Made by a program: the position numbers and the translations under genes. Shown here piece after piece: positions 38,102 through 39,171 of a stretch of 39,171 bases of DNA. This stretch comes from Bdellovibrionota bacterium. GTDB taxonomy: Bacteria; Bdellovibrionota_C; UBA2361; OMIW01. The DNA is taken from positions 1-39,171 of the forward strand of contig JBIJBT010000018.1 in the NCBI GenBank assembly GCA_044345055.1, in the 5' to 3' direction. The number at the start of each line of letters is the position of its first letter. Within the stretch, counting starts at the first letter, position 1. Below the pieces are notes generated by a model, which made no database searches, was not told the DNA's origin, and saw only the letters and a list, made by a program, of their open reading frames with translations.

Positions 38102-39170
38102 GTATTAACTGCCCTATTAATATATCGCTTGAATCCTCATTTTTCGGATCATCAACCTCAGATTGGAAGTGATCGAGAGAGTTGATTGCTTTACTCTTTG
38201 ACTTTTGTCTTACATTATTCGAAACAGCTGACTGTTCACTGTTTCCGGATATTGTTCCAAGATCGGGTGTTACAATATTTGTATTCGAGTTGACTGACCG
38301 ATCTGCATTTTCAAGGTTAGTTTGAACACCAGCTTTTTTCTTTTTCTTAATTTCAGCGAGAATGGCGAGGATATCTTCCGGCGCGATTATGGAATCAGGA
38401 ATCGTCTGATCGTCGGATATCTCGTTATCTTCATTTGCCAGGCCTAATCGGCGTTTCTTTTTTCCACTAGCTAGGCTGTTAACGCGTACCAATTCATTTA
38501 GAAGCTCAGATATCTGATTTCTCGGATCCCCATTTCCCAAAGTTGTTTGTACTGGCTCAGATGGGCTATTTTCGACTATTGTTGGGGTATTCTCGTGCGC
38601 TCCGGATGCCTCAGGCTGATAGGTGATACTCTCAGATATGGATGTGAGTGTATCGGAGGTCTTTGATTGGTCTGGTGTATCGATTTGCTCTGATGATGAT
38701 TTAGCCTCGGTATTTGGTGAAGCGATTGGTGTTGATTCGGTTGTTGTGGCAGTTTCACTCATTGAAACTGATGCTGATGCCGGTGATGCAGCGGTCGCAG
38801 ACTGTGAGGCGGTACTCTCAGATACGGGAACAGGAGCTTGGGATTCAGAATGATGTGACGATGAGGCTGGTGGTGTTGCTGCTTGGGGTGTGGCAGCTTC
38901 ACTCATTGAAGATGCTGATGCCGGTGATGCAGCGGTCGCAGTCTGTGAGGCGATACTCTCAGATACGGGAACAGGGGCTTGGGATTCAGAATGACTTGGC
39001 GATGAGGCTGGTGGTGTTGCTGCTTGGGGTGTGGCAGTTTCATTTATTGAAACTGATGCTGATGCCGGTGATGCAGCGGTCGCAGACTGTGAGGCGGTAC
39101 TCTCAGATACGGGAACAGGAGCTTGGGATTCAGAATGATGTGACGATGAGGCTGGTGGTGTTGCTGCTTG
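38094..39170 (-). CDS. Low-complexity Ser/Ala/Pro/Thr-rich repeat protein; 5' end outside the window
   Basis: The frame stays open upstream of ATG 38906 to the window edge and encodes more repeat units, so the ORF-track start is internal. Confidence 0.8.
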   Translation of the reverse strand, partial: QAATPPASSSHHSESQAPVPVSESTASQSATAASPASASVSINETATPQAATPPASSPSHSESQAPVPVSESIASQTATAASPASASSMSEAATPQAATPPASSSHHSESQAPVPVSESTASQSATAASPASASVSMSETATTTESTPIASPNTEAKSSSEQIDTPDQSKTSDTLTSISESITYQPEASGAHENTPTIVENSPSEPVQTTLGNGDPRNQISELLNELVRVNSLASGKKKRRLGLANEDNEISDDQTIPDSIIAPEDILAILAEIKKKKKAGVQTNLENADRSVNSNTNIVTPDLGTISGNSEQSAVSNNVRQKSKSKAINSLDHFQSEVDDPKNEDSSDILIGQLIHG

Positions 39171-39171
39171 G
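38743..39171 (-). repeat. Coding tandem repeat, 141-144 bp (47-48 aa), about 3 copies visible
   Basis: Unit MSEAATPQAATPPASSSHHSESQAPVPVSESTASQSATAASPASASVS and variant INETATPQAATPPASSPSHSESQAPVPVSESIASQTATAASPASASS. Confidence 0.95.

Overview
A 39-kb stretch of bacterial chromosome. The gene content (SspB-like adaptor, parC-then-parE topoisomerase IV pair, DUF1329-like protein, sthA) suggests a deltaproteobacterial/Bdellovibrionota-like lineage; this is an inference. From 1 to about 23 kb it is mostly housekeeping: pcnB, sthA, RDD protein, rsmE, DsbA-like isomerase, metF, a lone nuoI, sspB, parC/parE, hydrolase, redoxin, tkt, a GT-C (TIGR03663-like) membrane protein, thioesterase, cytochrome c, a PglD/NeuD-like acetyltransferase and pheA. 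The standout is a tightly coupled minus-strand operon at 23864-30715. It encodes a small helical protein, a DUF6754-like membrane protein, three further uncharacterised membrane proteins, a GlmL/MutL-like actin-fold ATPase with no glutamate mutase beside it, and a biotinyl/lipoyl-like barrel-sandwich plus KOW protein. A perfect 27-bp palindrome next to a TATAAT box precedes it, and it is a candidate undescribed membrane ATPase system. The 32.8-37.3 kb region is a mobile-DNA hotspot: five copies of a ~200-bp MITE (GTAACTATTCA...TGAATAGTTAC), a second hairpin-rich MITE nested in one copy, and an IS630 remnant, all around a metal-homeostasis cassette (RcnA-like transporter, Fur/Zur-like regulator, COG0523 GTPase). 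The window ends inside a Ser/Ala/Pro/Thr-rich protein with 47-48-aa tandem repeats. No rRNA, tRNA or CRISPR array was seen. All family assignments come from motif recognition, not database searches.
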